Assembly (NCBI GenBank): GCA_022447095.1
Contig: JAKUUP010000006.1
Coordinates: 2,123-66,122 of the forward strand
DNA from: Candidatus Thalassarchaeum betae
Lineage (GTDB): Archaea > Thermoplasmatota > Poseidoniia > Poseidoniales > Thalassarchaeaceae
Direction of reading: 5' to 3'
Length of the DNA stretch: 64,000 nucleotides
The translations under genes were made by a program, and so were the position numbers. Below the pieces are notes generated by a model that worked only from the letters and a program-made list of their open reading frames with translations, searched no databases and was not told where the DNA came from. Of the stretch, positions 17,333 through 27,632 are shown piece after piece; the first letter of the stretch is position 1; every line of letters begins with the position of its first letter.

Positions 17333-20300
17333 CTAGCCTACGGTGAAAGTGACTCCGATGCCATCGACTTCGAACGAGTCCGCATCAGGGGGCGCCGCAC
17401 CCTCGTTGAGCACTGCGCTGCCGGCACGAGTCTCGCTCTGGACATGCGACCAGTCCTCGTCTGCCAGTTCGCCACCGTCTATCCACAACGACAGTGCGAT
17501 TGTATCTTCAACGGCGAGGTCCAACTCCTTGCGCTTCGACTGGATTCTGCGGATGACGTCGCGCGCGAGTCCGCGCGACATCAGCTCGTCGTCGATGGCC
17601 ATGTCTAGCACCAGAGAGACATCTCCGAAGTCCTCGTCAGCCAGAGTGGCGGCCGAGTAACCCTCCTTCTCGGTGCGGCGCACCTCGATGTCGTCCATGG
17701 TTATCTGATATCCAGCGAGGGCGGCGATACCGGCCTCGACCTCCAGTAGGAGAGAGTCCGGGTCAGCGGTTTCCAGCTCGGCCAGCACCGCCGGCAGATC
17801 GGACCTGCACTTGGCGCCCAACTTCTTCCTGTTCGGCTCGAGCACAATCCTCTGGAAACGGTCGAGGTCCTCCTCGGTCATCAGGCTCTCGACATTCAAC
17901 TCCTCCGCCAGAATCTCGTGGAAGTCAGAGAGGTCCGGTCCGCCTATGATCCAGCCGTTGCGGCACGGTAGCCTCTGCCGGCGCCCCTCCTCGACCCGAA
18001 CGCGCCTGCCCGTTTCAGCGAGCGCGCGCACGAGAGACATCTGTTGTTCCAGACCGTAGTCACGTGGAGGTAGATCGCGCTCGACCAGCGTCGACCCGAC
18101 CGGCCAGTCGGCCAGATGGACAGACGAGCCGCCGAGATCGCGATGAATCCTGTCGGACATGAACGGAGCGACCGGCGCCATCAGGCGACAGACCAGCAGC
18201 AGAGCCTCGTGTAGCGTGTGCTGGCAGGCTCGCTTGTCATTGCTGTCTGCCTCGTCCCAGAGCCTGCGGCGCGAGCGCCGTACATACCAGTTGGATAGGT
18301 CATTAGCGACGAAGTCCTCGAGTTCGCGGCCGGCCTTGTGGAAGTCCCAAGACTCGAAGTGCTCGTGGTACGACTCTGCCATCGCGCAAGCCTTCGACAG
18401 CACCCAGCGGTCAAGCGGGCTGCGCTCAGACACAGCGACGTAGCCAGACTCGTCGTCGGCATCGAAACCGTCCATTGCGGCGTAGTCGGCGTGGAAGCGG
18501 TAGACGTTCCACAATGTGAGGAACATCTTGGCGTAGGACTCTCGAACTCCATTGGGGTCGAAATTGGTGGGTGACCACGGCGCACTTTGCGTAGTCATGT
18601 ACCAACGGATCGAGTCAGCCCCCTCCTTGTTGAAGTGGTCCCACGAGTCGACGACGTTGCCCTTCGACTTGCTCATCTTCTTTCCTTCCTTGTCCAGAAT
18701 GTGACCTAGAGAGAGGCAGCGGTGGTAACAGGTGCTCTCGAACACGGCTGTAGAGACGGCGAGGAGCGAGTAAAACCAGCCCCGTGTCTGGTCGACGGCT
18801 TCGCAGATATAGTCCACGGGGAACGAGCCATCAAACTTGTTTTTGTTCTCAAACGGATAGTGCCACTGGGCGAACGAAGCGCAACCAGAGTCGAACCAGC
18901 AGTCCATGACGTAGGGCTCCCGTACCATCTCTCCCGAGCAACCGCTCGAGGGGCAGTGCAGCTTTACGTCGTCCACGTAAGGACGGTGCAACTCTGGGGG
19001 CACAGGCGAGCCATCGGTCTTCATCGATCCCATCTCTTCGATGCTGCCTATGCAATGCTCGTGACCGCAATCTGGGCAAATCCACACGGGGATAGGGGTG
19101 CCCCAGTAGCGCTCGCGACTGATCGCCCAGTCCTTGATGTTCGAGAGCCACTCTCCCATGCGCTTGGTGCCAGTCCACTCGGGGGCCCATTCGACTTCAG
19201 AGTTGTACTGCATTATCTCATCGCGCACCGCGGTCATACGGACGAACCAACTGTCCATCGCGTAGTACAGTAGTGGGTGGTCGGTACGCCAGCAGTGAGG
19301 GTAGTCGTGAGTATAGATGTGCTCGCGGTAGAGCAGGTCCTGGTCGGCGAGGTGGTCGATGATATCGGAATCACAGTCCTTGACGTAGCGACCATCGAGC
19401 AGATGATGGGTACCGGCGACGAAGGCGCCGTCTATGCCTACGGTGTGCTGAGCCGGGAAGCCGACCTCCATTCCGAGGTTGTAGTCCTCCTCGCCGTACA
19501 TCACTGCGGTATGGACCACACCCGTTCCGTCAGTGGTGGTCACAAAGTCGGCAGCGACGACCGTCCAGGCACTCTCGGAGCCGCCTCGCTCAACCGCGTC
19601 GGGGAACAGTGGGCGGTAGGCCTTGCCGATGAGTTGCGAGCCGGGGAACTCGTCGACGACCTCGATCTGGTGGCGCAGAACGTCTGCGAGCAGGTCCTTG
19701 GCGAGAATCAACTCCTCTCCGACCTCAGCACCGCCACGGCCCTCCCACGAGCCTGCAGGTGGCTCAGTGATGCGGATGCGGCAGTAGGTGACATCAGGTC
19801 CGACGGCGAGCCCCACGTTTCCCGGCAGGGTCCATGGCGTGGTAGTCCAAGCGAGGACGGAGGCATCATCGTCGACGAGTTCGAACTTGATGTAGACAGC
19901 AGGCTCTGAGACCTCTTTGTAGCCCTGAGAGACTTCGTGGGTGGAGTAACTAGTCCCCGTCTGGGGGCAGTAGGGCAGGACTTTGTGACCGCGGAACAGT
20001 AGCCCCTTGTCGAACATCCGCTTGAGTGACCACCATGCGGATTCGATATACTCGTCGTGCAGCGTAACGTAAGGGTCATCCATGTCAATCCAGAAGCCCA
20101 TGCGTTCAGTCATCTCGCGCCACGCCTCCTCGTAGGTCCAGACGCTCTCCTTGCACCTCTCGTTGAACGCCTCCATGCCATACGCCTCGATGGCCTCGTT
20201 GGACATCAGATCGAGTTTCTTCTGTACCTCTATCTCGACGGGCAGACCATGGGTGTCCCAGCCGCCCTTACGCTCGACGACGTGCCCCTCCATGGTCTTC

Positions 20301-20518
20301 CATCGGCATACCATGTCCTTGAACAGCCTCGAGATGACGTGGTGGATGCCCGGCCGGCCGTTGGCCGTGGGTGGCCCCTCGAGGAAGGTGAAGGGGCTGG
20401 CCCCCTCTCGGCGCGCCTCGATAGTCGCTTCGAAGGTCCCCTCTTCGCCCCATGTCTCCATCAAGGCAGTCTCTAGGGCGACCGGGTCGAGGCCGCCGGC
20501 TGGTTCGGGTACGCCCAT
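17333..20518 (-). CDS. ileS: isoleucine--tRNA ligase (archaeal/IleRS2 type)
   Basis: EGPPTANG, GWDTHGLP, WTTTPWTL, DWAISRERYWG, DQTRGWFY and KMSKS motifs. Confidence 0.98.
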   Translation of the reverse strand: MGVPEPAGGLDPVALETALMETWGEEGTFEATIEARREGASPFTFLEGPPTANGRPGIHHVISRLFKDMVCRWKTMEGHVVERKGGWDTHGLPVEIEVQKKLDLMSNEAIEAYGMEAFNERCKESVWTYEEAWREMTERMGFWIDMDDPYVTLHDEYIESAWWSLKRMFDKGLLFRGHKVLPYCPQTGTSYSTHEVSQGYKEVSEPAVYIKFELVDDDASVLAWTTTPWTLPGNVGLAVGPDVTYCRIRITEPPAGSWEGRGGAEVGEELILAKDLLADVLRHQIEVVDEFPGSQLIGKAYRPLFPDAVERGGSESAWTVVAADFVTTTDGTGVVHTAVMYGEEDYNLGMEVGFPAQHTVGIDGAFVAGTHHLLDGRYVKDCDSDIIDHLADQDLLYREHIYTHDYPHCWRTDHPLLYYAMDSWFVRMTAVRDEIMQYNSEVEWAPEWTGTKRMGEWLSNIKDWAISRERYWGTPIPVWICPDCGHEHCIGSIEEMGSMKTDGSPVPPELHRPYVDDVKLHCPSSGCSGEMVREPYVMDCWFDSGCASFAQWHYPFENKNKFDGSFPVDYICEAVDQTRGWFYSLLAVSTAVFESTCYHRCLSLGHILDKEGKKMSKSKGNVVDSWDHFNKEGADSIRWYMTTQSAPWSPTNFDPNGVRESYAKMFLTLWNVYRFHADYAAMDGFDADDESGYVAVSERSPLDRWVLSKACAMAESYHEHFESWDFHKAGRELEDFVANDLSNWYVRRSRRRLWDEADSNDKRACQHTLHEALLLVCRLMAPVAPFMSDRIHRDLGGSSVHLADWPVGSTLVERDLPPRDYGLEQQMSLVRALAETGRRVRVEEGRRQRLPCRNGWIIGGPDLSDFHEILAEELNVESLMTEEDLDRFQRIVLEPNRKKLGAKCRSDLPAVLAELETADPDSLLLEVEAGIAALAGYQITMDDIEVRRTEKEGYSAATLADEDFGDVSLVLDMAIDDELMSRGLARDVIRRIQSKRKELDLAVEDTIALSLWIDGGELADEDWSHVQSETRAGSAVLNEGAAPPDADSFEVDGIGVTFTVG

Positions 20519-20620
20519 CGGCCCGGCGACCTACGGCGCTGTATTGAAGATGCCCCGTTCGCCCATAGGGCGAATTCACCGTTTAGTAGGATTCAAGAGT
20601 GCCCGTCGGGACGGTCGAGC

Positions 20621-21262
20621 GTGTCTCAGACGGCGACCATCGCAGTAGGAGGAATGACCTGCACCGGATGCTCGGGCAGGGTTAGGGACGCCCTCGAAGG
20701 TCTGGAAGGGGTCCTCAGCGCCGAGGTCTCCCACGAGACCGGTCAGGCGGTCGTCTCGCATTCCGGGACCGGCCGCGACTCCATGGTAGCGGCGATCACC
20801 GGTGCGGGCTACACCGCCGACGGCGCCAGCGCCGACTTCAACTGGGGAGACGGGGATGTCTGGAGGAAGTCCGCGAACAACACGAAGTGGTGCTTAATCG
20901 GTTGCAGCATTGGCGATTTCGGAACCATAGCAGCTTTCCAGTTTGTATTCACCGACTCGGGATGGAGCCCGATGATGATTATGGCACTGGCCATGTTCAA
21001 TGGAATCATGACCTCAATCGCCCTTGAGACCGTCATCCTATCAGCTCAGATGGCACTGAACGAGGCATTCCGGGTGGCAATCGGAATGTCATTGATTTCG
21101 ATGCTCTCGATGGAAGCGGCGATGAACATCGTCGACCTTGTATTGACCGGGGGGGCCAAACTGACCTGGTGGGTCATTGTCCCGATGCTTGTCGCGGGCT
21201 TCCTGACACCTTGGCCCTACAACTACTGGCGACTGAAGAAGTACGATGCAGCGTGCCACTGA
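20621..21262 (+). CDS. heavy-metal-associated (HMA) domain fused to DUF4396-like membrane domain
   Basis: GMTCTGC; WCLIGCSIGD; C-terminal PWPYNYWRLKK. Confidence 0.85.
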   Translation: MSQTATIAVGGMTCTGCSGRVRDALEGLEGVLSAEVSHETGQAVVSHSGTGRDSMVAAITGAGYTADGASADFNWGDGDVWRKSANNTKWCLIGCSIGDFGTIAAFQFVFTDSGWSPMMIMALAMFNGIMTSIALETVILSAQMALNEAFRVAIGMSLISMLSMEAAMNIVDLVLTGGAKLTWWVIVPMLVAGFLTPWPYNYWRLKKYDAACH

Positions 21263-21267
21263 GGGCC

Positions 21268-21284
21268 CCGGCAACCTTGAATGC
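21268..21284 (+). repeat. 17-bp direct repeat, copy 1 (CCGGCAACCTTGAATGC)
   Basis: Identical to 22642-22658. Confidence 0.9.
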
Positions 21285-21305
21285 ACACGTCGTCTACATC
21301 GGTCG

Positions 21306-22733
21306 ATGACCGAGATTTCCCGGCAGACTCCCTGGCTCCCGATAATGATGGTCGTTCTTTTGCTAGTCGTCCTATCCAGTCAGAAATTGGCACCGACCGA
21401 TCAAAGTGACACACAGGATGACGACACGCAGGTCGACTACGGGATTGCATTCCTATCTCCCTCCGAGGGAGATTGGGTAGAGGGAGATTGGGCAGAGGTC
21501 ACCGTATCCACAACAGGCGACCTCGATGAGGAATCACTCGAACTTTGGGTGAACGGCCAATTGGAGGCCACCGAGCCAGTGGCCGACTCAGTCTCCTTCG
21601 ATATCCACGCCTCGGGTTACTCTGATGGAACTGGGTCCCCAGCCGCCCTCGAGCTCGAGATCCGAGTGGGTACGCACAACGCTGGAAGGCTGAGCTTCAC
21701 AGCAATCTTCCCCCAGAGGCTGACCGACAGCCCCGCTGAGGACATCCAGCCGGAGTGGAACACCGAGGGCGACACTCTGCTGTTCAAGTCCTCGAGAGGC
21801 CTAGAAGAGGGCGCCTATGAGATATACAGATTGTCTCCAGATGGCAGTGAACCTTCGCTGGTGACCACCGAGCAGAGGTACCACGGTTATCCGGGTTGGT
21901 CTCCTGATGGCAGCCACGTGGTGTTCAACTCCTGGGTGCGCAATAGCGAATCGGACAGCCACCAGATGGAGATCTTCACGGCGAGCATCTTGACGGGTGA
22001 GACTCACAGGGTAACCGACAACGCGGCGTTTGACGACTCGGGCCGGTGGTCGCCGGACGGCACTGAGATAATCTTCTACTCGAACAGGGATGGCACGATG
22101 GACCTCTGGAAGGTTCCAGTGAGCGAGACCGGAGAGCCGACGGGCCCACCGCTCAAACTCGTGGGCACGGATGCGAGGGAGCACTGCGGGCGCTGGTCGC
22201 CGGACGGTGATTGGATAGTCTACGAGTCGGACCAGAGCGGCAGCAACGATATTTGGGTAGTGTCCTCGGACGGAGAGGGGCCGACCCAAGTCACCTTTGA
22301 CGACTACCAGGACGGCTACCCGGCATGGTCTCCGGACGGCTCACACGTCGTCTACAACTCCGTGCGTGGCATCAACGGTGACCTCTACGTCCTCTCGCTC
22401 TTTGATGGGGGGCTGCACCGCCTGACTTCCGACACGGCAATTGACGCACATCCCACTTGGTCAGCTGACGGCCGCCACATCGCCTTCCACTCGGACCGTT
22501 CTGGGGACTTCGACATCTGGATGGTCGAAATCCCCCTGATCGAGGCACCAGAGGACGTCTCAGTCGCGGGAACCATGGTTCCGGCACACGCATCTCCGCT
22601 CACACCCCTCGTGCTGCTCGCAGTGCTCCTAGGAACGGCATCCGGCAACCTTGAATGCCCCCGTTCCCCCCTGAGTACTGATGGGCGAGGTCGTAGCGCT
22701 CCTGCAACTCAATCCGACCGTCGGGGACATTGA
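21306..22733 (+). CDS. secreted TolB-like / PD40 beta-propeller protein
   Basis: N-terminal hydrophobic signal; repeated WSPDG blades; C-terminal hydrophobic segment. Confidence 0.88.
   Translation: MTEISRQTPWLPIMMVVLLLVVLSSQKLAPTDQSDTQDDDTQVDYGIAFLSPSEGDWVEGDWAEVTVSTTGDLDEESLELWVNGQLEATEPVADSVSFDIHASGYSDGTGSPAALELEIRVGTHNAGRLSFTAIFPQRLTDSPAEDIQPEWNTEGDTLLFKSSRGLEEGAYEIYRLSPDGSEPSLVTTEQRYHGYPGWSPDGSHVVFNSWVRNSESDSHQMEIFTASILTGETHRVTDNAAFDDSGRWSPDGTEIIFYSNRDGTMDLWKVPVSETGEPTGPPLKLVGTDAREHCGRWSPDGDWIVYESDQSGSNDIWVVSSDGEGPTQVTFDDYQDGYPAWSPDGSHVVYNSVRGINGDLYVLSLFDGGLHRLTSDTAIDAHPTWSADGRHIAFHSDRSGDFDIWMVEIPLIEAPEDVSVAGTMVPAHASPLTPLVLLAVLLGTASGNLECPRSPLSTDGRGRSAPATQSDRRGH
22642..22658 (+). repeat. 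17-bp direct repeat, copy 2 (CCGGCAACCTTGAATGC)
   Basis: Identical to 21268-21284. Confidence 0.9.
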
Positions 22734-24405
22734 ATCCAATGCCTCTGAGATAGAGCGGGCAGCCGCTCTGGCAGCGAGCAACGGGGCTTCGGTCGCGTGG
22801 ACCTGTGAGCTCGCAGTGTGCGGATATCCGCCCCGAGATCTGCTGCTTGAGGACGGCTTCGTCGAGCAGTGTCAGGCCGCTGCCAGCGCAGTGGACTCTC
22901 CGATACCCCTACTCATCGGCTCGCCCATCGATTCGGGCAGCGAGCGCACCAAGCCGGCTAACGGCGCGGTGCGTGTCGGACCTGGTGGCAGCGGTGAAGT
23001 CACCTGCCGCAAGCAGCTGCTGCCGACCTACGATGTGTTCGACGAGGCCCGCTACTTCGAGCCAAACCTCGACGCGGGCCTTGCAACCGCAGCCGGCATG
23101 CATCTCGGGGTGACCATCTGCGAGGACGCATGGCAGCATGTGGGTGATGTGCCCAGCGACTACCGCACAGACCCCATAGAGCAACTGGCGGAGTGGCAGC
23201 AGCGCGACGGGCCGCTCGAACTCACCGTCAACCTCTCAGCGAGCCCATATCACCTTGCCAAGGAGGGCGAGCGCGCAGCGCTGGCAAGAGCCGCCGCAGC
23301 CACCCTCGGCCACCCGTTTGCACTGTGCAATCAGGTCGGTGGCAACGACGACCTCATCTTCGACGGCCGCTCACTGGTCGCATGGCCCGACGGAACCGTC
23401 GTGCAGGCGCCCGGCTGGTGCATGGGTGTGATGCTCGTCGACCTCGACGACCCATCGGCGGCCGGTTGGGTTCCTTGGCCTGAGGGCGAATGCGGACCTG
23501 ATTGCCGGTGCGCTGTGCAAATGGTCGCGCCGGGCGACGAGCCGACTGCACCCGACAGCGGGACTGACCTGCTGAGCGCAATCACCACGGGGCTGGGCGA
23601 CTACTGCCGCAAGTCGGGCATCAAGAGCCTCGTCCTCGGTATGTCCGGGGGCATAGACTCGGCGGTGTGCACGGCGGTAGCCGCGCGCGCTGTCGGGACG
23701 GCAAGTGTGCTGGGTCTCTCAATGCCGAGCAGACACTCGAGCCAGCACTCGATCGACGATGCGGTGGCGACCGCCGAAGCCCTCGGAATCGAGATGCTAT
23801 CGGTGCCGATCAACGAGCTTCACGACGAGGCCGAGGAGGCATTGGCGGGAGAGTTGGTTTCGGGCGACCCGGTGGCTGCTGAGAATCTGCAGGCGCGCAT
23901 ACGGGGGATGCTGGTTATGGGTGCTGCTAACGCGCGCGGCTCGATGGCGGTGGCAACGGGCAACAAGTCGGAACTGGCGGTCGGCTACTGTACCCTGTAC
24001 GGCGATATGAACGGAGGCTATGCTCCTCTCGGAGACCTCTACAAGACCCAAGTCTACGAGCTGGCCCGAGCCATCAACGCCGACGCTGAATCCATAGGCA
24101 ACCCGCCTCCCATCACCGAGTCCACCATCACCAAGCCACCCTCAGCCGAGCTCGCCCCCGACCAGGTCGACCAGGACAGCCTCCCCCCCTACGCCACGCT
24201 CGACGCCATCCTCTACGCTCTCATCGAAGACCTAGCCTCGTCCGAGAGCATCGCCGCTCAGGGCTATGACGAGGCCACAGTGGCGTGGGTCGAGGGCAAA
24301 CTCAACACCAGCGAGCACAAGCGCTGGCAGATGCCACCAGCTCCGAGAGTCAGCGAGCGAGCGTTCGGCCAGGGCTGGAGGCAGCCTCTAGCAGCCAAGC
24401 GCTGA
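22681..24405 (+). CDS. nadE: glutamine-dependent NAD+ synthetase
   Basis: Nitrilase domain (EL..CGYPP, KQLLPTYDVFDE, TICED) plus SGGIDS, ENLQARIR, TGNKSE and PPSAEL. Confidence 0.96.
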   Translation: MGEVVALLQLNPTVGDIESNASEIERAAALAASNGASVAWTCELAVCGYPPRDLLLEDGFVEQCQAAASAVDSPIPLLIGSPIDSGSERTKPANGAVRVGPGGSGEVTCRKQLLPTYDVFDEARYFEPNLDAGLATAAGMHLGVTICEDAWQHVGDVPSDYRTDPIEQLAEWQQRDGPLELTVNLSASPYHLAKEGERAALARAAAATLGHPFALCNQVGGNDDLIFDGRSLVAWPDGTVVQAPGWCMGVMLVDLDDPSAAGWVPWPEGECGPDCRCAVQMVAPGDEPTAPDSGTDLLSAITTGLGDYCRKSGIKSLVLGMSGGIDSAVCTAVAARAVGTASVLGLSMPSRHSSQHSIDDAVATAEALGIEMLSVPINELHDEAEEALAGELVSGDPVAAENLQARIRGMLVMGAANARGSMAVATGNKSELAVGYCTLYGDMNGGYAPLGDLYKTQVYELARAINADAESIGNPPPITESTITKPPSAELAPDQVDQDSLPPYATLDAILYALIEDLASSESIAAQGYDEATVAWVEGKLNTSEHKRWQMPPAPRVSERAFGQGWRQPLAAKR

Positions 24406-24450
24406 AATCACGATGGATGACTTGAATAGAAGGACGAGATGGGGGGGCGC

Positions 24451-24978
24451 ATGGCAGAGGGATACGCGGACAAGGGCCACATCATGGCCGTAGAATTCGA
24501 TAGGAAGATTATCGTTTACTGGTGGATAATGGCGAATTTAGGTCTTCTTGTGACAGTGGTTGGAATCATAGCAATGATTGTCTGGATTCCGTTTGGATGG
24601 ATTGTGCATAAGAAGCAGTTCGAGCACATGAGCGGGGCCCTGACAGACCGCTCGATCAATATGCGCATGGGATGGCTATTCAAGAAACAGCAGAACATTC
24701 CCTTGGACAAACTCACAGATGTGTCTATTCACGAGGGCCCAATACTGAACGCATTCGGAGTTGTAAGGATGCAGTTTGAGACAGCTGGTGCTGCACCATT
24801 CATCCTCACCGGGGTGAAAAACTCCGATCAGTTCCGCGACCTCGTTCTTCAGCAAAGAGACTCATTGGTTTCCACCCCTCAACAGTCTGCACCTTCAGAC
24901 GACTCCAACGACGTCCTAGTCGAGATCAGGGATATCCTTCAGCAGATCAATGCGAACCTCACGGGTGATGAAGAGTAG
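24451..24978 (+). CDS. membrane-anchored bacterial PH-domain (YdbS-like) protein
   Basis: TM hairpin followed by GWLFKKQQNIPLDKLTDVSIHEGPI..FG..FETAG. Confidence 0.8.
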   Translation: MAEGYADKGHIMAVEFDRKIIVYWWIMANLGLLVTVVGIIAMIVWIPFGWIVHKKQFEHMSGALTDRSINMRMGWLFKKQQNIPLDKLTDVSIHEGPILNAFGVVRMQFETAGAAPFILTGVKNSDQFRDLVLQQRDSLVSTPQQSAPSDDSNDVLVEIRDILQQINANLTGDEE

Positions 24979-24984
24979 ACTCCC

Positions 24985-25743
24985 GTGGGTTCAGCCTTTG
25001 TATCACAGGCCCCACCTGACTCCATGCAGAGGTGTGGAGTCGATGAAATCAACTCCGCATTCAAGGCCGGAGAGGAGATATCACTCCTACTGGTGCGCCG
25101 TGACTCCCAGAACCCAGGAGTGGCGCGCCTGAGGGCCATCGCTGAGGAGAGAGGAATTCCTGTCAGGGAAGGCTCCAGAAGTGATGTCTGGAGGATGGCG
25201 AGGGACACCCGCGACGAGACCCCCGATGTGCTCGCATTGGTCGGCCGCAACCCCGATGCAAGCCTCGAAGAAGTACTCGAACGAGGCGGATTGGTCTGGA
25301 TGCTCGCCGGGGCGCGCTACCCGATCAACATCGGCTTCACCATCCGCACCGCTGAGGTCAGCGGCGCTGATGCCGTGTTCGTTGACTGCCAGTTAAGCCA
25401 CAGCGAGCGCAAGGCGGCCCTTCGCGCCTCTATGAAGGCCCACCGTTTCATGCCCGTGCACTGGGTCGACGGCTCGCAAACCATCGATTCAGCCAAGGCT
25501 TCGGGGTTCAGGGTGATAGCAGTCGAGGACAGCGGCCAAGTCGGCCCGTGGGATGCCGACCTGACTGGTGATGTGATGTTAATCGTGGGTGGCGAGCATG
25601 ACGGTATTCCTGACGATATGCTCGCTGCATCGGATCTCGTGGTCCGCATACCGATGAGCGGATTCGTCCCCTCTTACAACCTACAGGCGCCGATGGCCGT
25701 GGTGGCCATAGAGGCTCAACGGCAGCGTGCCGATTGTGACTAG
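24985..25743 (+). CDS. TrmH/SpoU-family RNA 2'-O-methyltransferase
   Basis: NIGFTIRTAEVSGA, IVGGEHDGI and RIPMSG..SYNL motifs. Confidence 0.88.
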   Translation: MGSAFVSQAPPDSMQRCGVDEINSAFKAGEEISLLLVRRDSQNPGVARLRAIAEERGIPVREGSRSDVWRMARDTRDETPDVLALVGRNPDASLEEVLERGGLVWMLAGARYPINIGFTIRTAEVSGADAVFVDCQLSHSERKAALRASMKAHRFMPVHWVDGSQTIDSAKASGFRVIAVEDSGQVGPWDADLTGDVMLIVGGEHDGIPDDMLAASDLVVRIPMSGFVPSYNLQAPMAVVAIEAQRQRADCD

Positions 25744-25859
25744 TGCCTATATTCTCACCAATCTCGGTACAAATGCCATCCAGCAACTCGATTTGAAAAG
25801 AACCGATTCGATAATCCGATTGCGTCGTATTGAAGGGGGTCACCATCCGGGAGTCAGGC

Positions 25860-27605
25860 GTGGACATCCCAGATGACCTGCGCTCGATGCTCGAAGGTGG
25901 GCACGGCCCGACTAAGCAGAAGGCCGCTCGCCTAGTGGTGGATCTGGCATCTACAGCGGGAGCCAGCGAGTTCGTTCGCGTTGAGCACGCGCATGTTTCG
26001 GGGGTGAGCGTAATCACGGGAGGACATGGACTGCGACGTTTCCTCTCGGACCTCGCTGGTGACTCTGAGGGCAAGGTAGCAATCCCGACGACCCTGAACT
26101 CCGCTGGCTGCGACCACGAGCGCATGGAGGAGATGGGCATCGACCACCCAGGCTTTCTGGAGCAGCAGTTCGAGATCGTGCATGCGTATTCGAACCTCGG
26201 AATCGAGGCGATTCTGTCCTGCACGCCCTACGACAGGGGCGTGGACACAGGAGAGGGCATCGGCTCGTGGGCCGAGTCCAACGCTGTATGCTTCTCCAAT
26301 TCCTACACCTCACTGGTCACCAACCGCGAGTCCGGCCTCTCGGCACTCGCCACCGCCCTAACTGGATGGGCTCCATTTTGGGGCTTGCATATCCCCTCAA
26401 ACCGCGCCCCCAACATCCATGTTCACGTCGAGTGCAAGATGACCGATATCACCGACTGGAGTGTGCTTGGCGACTGGATAGGCAAGCAGGTACTCCCTGA
26501 GTGGGATTTGCCCTGGGGTCCGATGCCTCGTATCACAGGACTTCCTGAGTGGGCCAGCTTCGAGATGCGCAAAGCACTCACTTCAGCGGCTGCAAACTAC
26601 GGCTGCCCGCTGCTATGGGCAGATGGACACACTGCCGTCGCCCCCACTGTCGACGACTATCAAGGTGAGCTGACATTTACCGAGGCGGACCTTGCCGAGA
26701 GATACCGCGAACTCTCTCCTAAGGGGCAGGTCGACCTCGTCGTGATAGGCTGTCCCCAGGCGAGCGTCGGTGAGGCTCGTGCGACCGCGGCGGCCGTCCG
26801 TGCACGGATGGAGTTGGGCGAGAGGATTCCCGACCAGCGGCTCTGGGTCTTCATGAGCGGCCACAACCACGACCTCATAGCCGCCGACGGCACTTTGGAC
26901 GTGCTGGAGGAGGCTGGAGCACTGGTTCTGCGCGACACCTGCCCCGAGGTCACCCCCTACAATCGCTCGCACTACAACCACTTGCTGACGAACTCGCTCA
27001 AGGCCGAGCACTACCTGACGAGCGGCCTCAATCGCATGCCTACGAGTGTGACTCCAATCGATCAGTGCGTCGCTCACGCCTTCGACCCCATGCTCATAGG
27101 GGGTGAGAGACCGGTGCTCGGAGCCAGAGGGGCTAAGCCCATGGCTTCCGCCAAGTCGCACCGCAGCGGCGAGCACGAATCCTCAGGCAGAGGGATTCCG
27201 AGCCAGAGCGAGTGGAGCGTCTCGGGTAAGGCGCTCGTGACCGATGTCCCGATTACCTACCTCGGGTACGTCAACTGTGACACGGGGGTCATCGAGGAAC
27301 CCGGCCACCCACTCAACGGGACGGCAATCGAGGACACCGTGCTGATCTACCCGAAGGCCTCAGGCTCGACTGTGGCACCCTTCGTGCTGATGGGGCTGAT
27401 CTACACAGGCAAGGGCCCTGCAGCCATAGTCAACCGCGACGTCTGCCCACTCTCACTCCCTGCCGCCTCGCTGTTGAGTGTACCGTACGCTCATGGCTTC
27501 GAAGACGACCCGACGCTGGAGGTCAACACCGGCGACGGAGTTGAACTGACTCTGAGTGGTGGAAACGTGAATCTCAGGGTCATCACCCGCGTTAGCGAGG
27601 ATTGA
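25860..27605 (+). CDS. aconitase X (phosphomevalonate dehydratase-like), catalytic and swiveling domains fused
   Basis: SCTPY, SWAESNAVCFSNS..TNRESG, IGCPQ and DTC; C-terminal swivel domain (GKALVT..PITYLG..DTGVI..GHPL..GSTV). Confidence 0.88.
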   Translation: MDIPDDLRSMLEGGHGPTKQKAARLVVDLASTAGASEFVRVEHAHVSGVSVITGGHGLRRFLSDLAGDSEGKVAIPTTLNSAGCDHERMEEMGIDHPGFLEQQFEIVHAYSNLGIEAILSCTPYDRGVDTGEGIGSWAESNAVCFSNSYTSLVTNRESGLSALATALTGWAPFWGLHIPSNRAPNIHVHVECKMTDITDWSVLGDWIGKQVLPEWDLPWGPMPRITGLPEWASFEMRKALTSAAANYGCPLLWADGHTAVAPTVDDYQGELTFTEADLAERYRELSPKGQVDLVVIGCPQASVGEARATAAAVRARMELGERIPDQRLWVFMSGHNHDLIAADGTLDVLEEAGALVLRDTCPEVTPYNRSHYNHLLTNSLKAEHYLTSGLNRMPTSVTPIDQCVAHAFDPMLIGGERPVLGARGAKPMASAKSHRSGEHESSGRGIPSQSEWSVSGKALVTDVPITYLGYVNCDTGVIEEPGHPLNGTAIEDTVLIYPKASGSTVAPFVLMGLIYTGKGPAAIVNRDVCPLSLPAASLLSVPYAHGFEDDPTLEVNTGDGVELTLSGGNVNLRVITRVSED

Positions 27606-27632
27606 TGGCTTCCGGTGCTTCGCACCGGTTCC

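Noticed and set aside
21840-22480. Recurring TGGTCNCCGGACGG nucleotide repeats
   Set aside because: These are explained by the WSPDG blades of the PD40 propeller.
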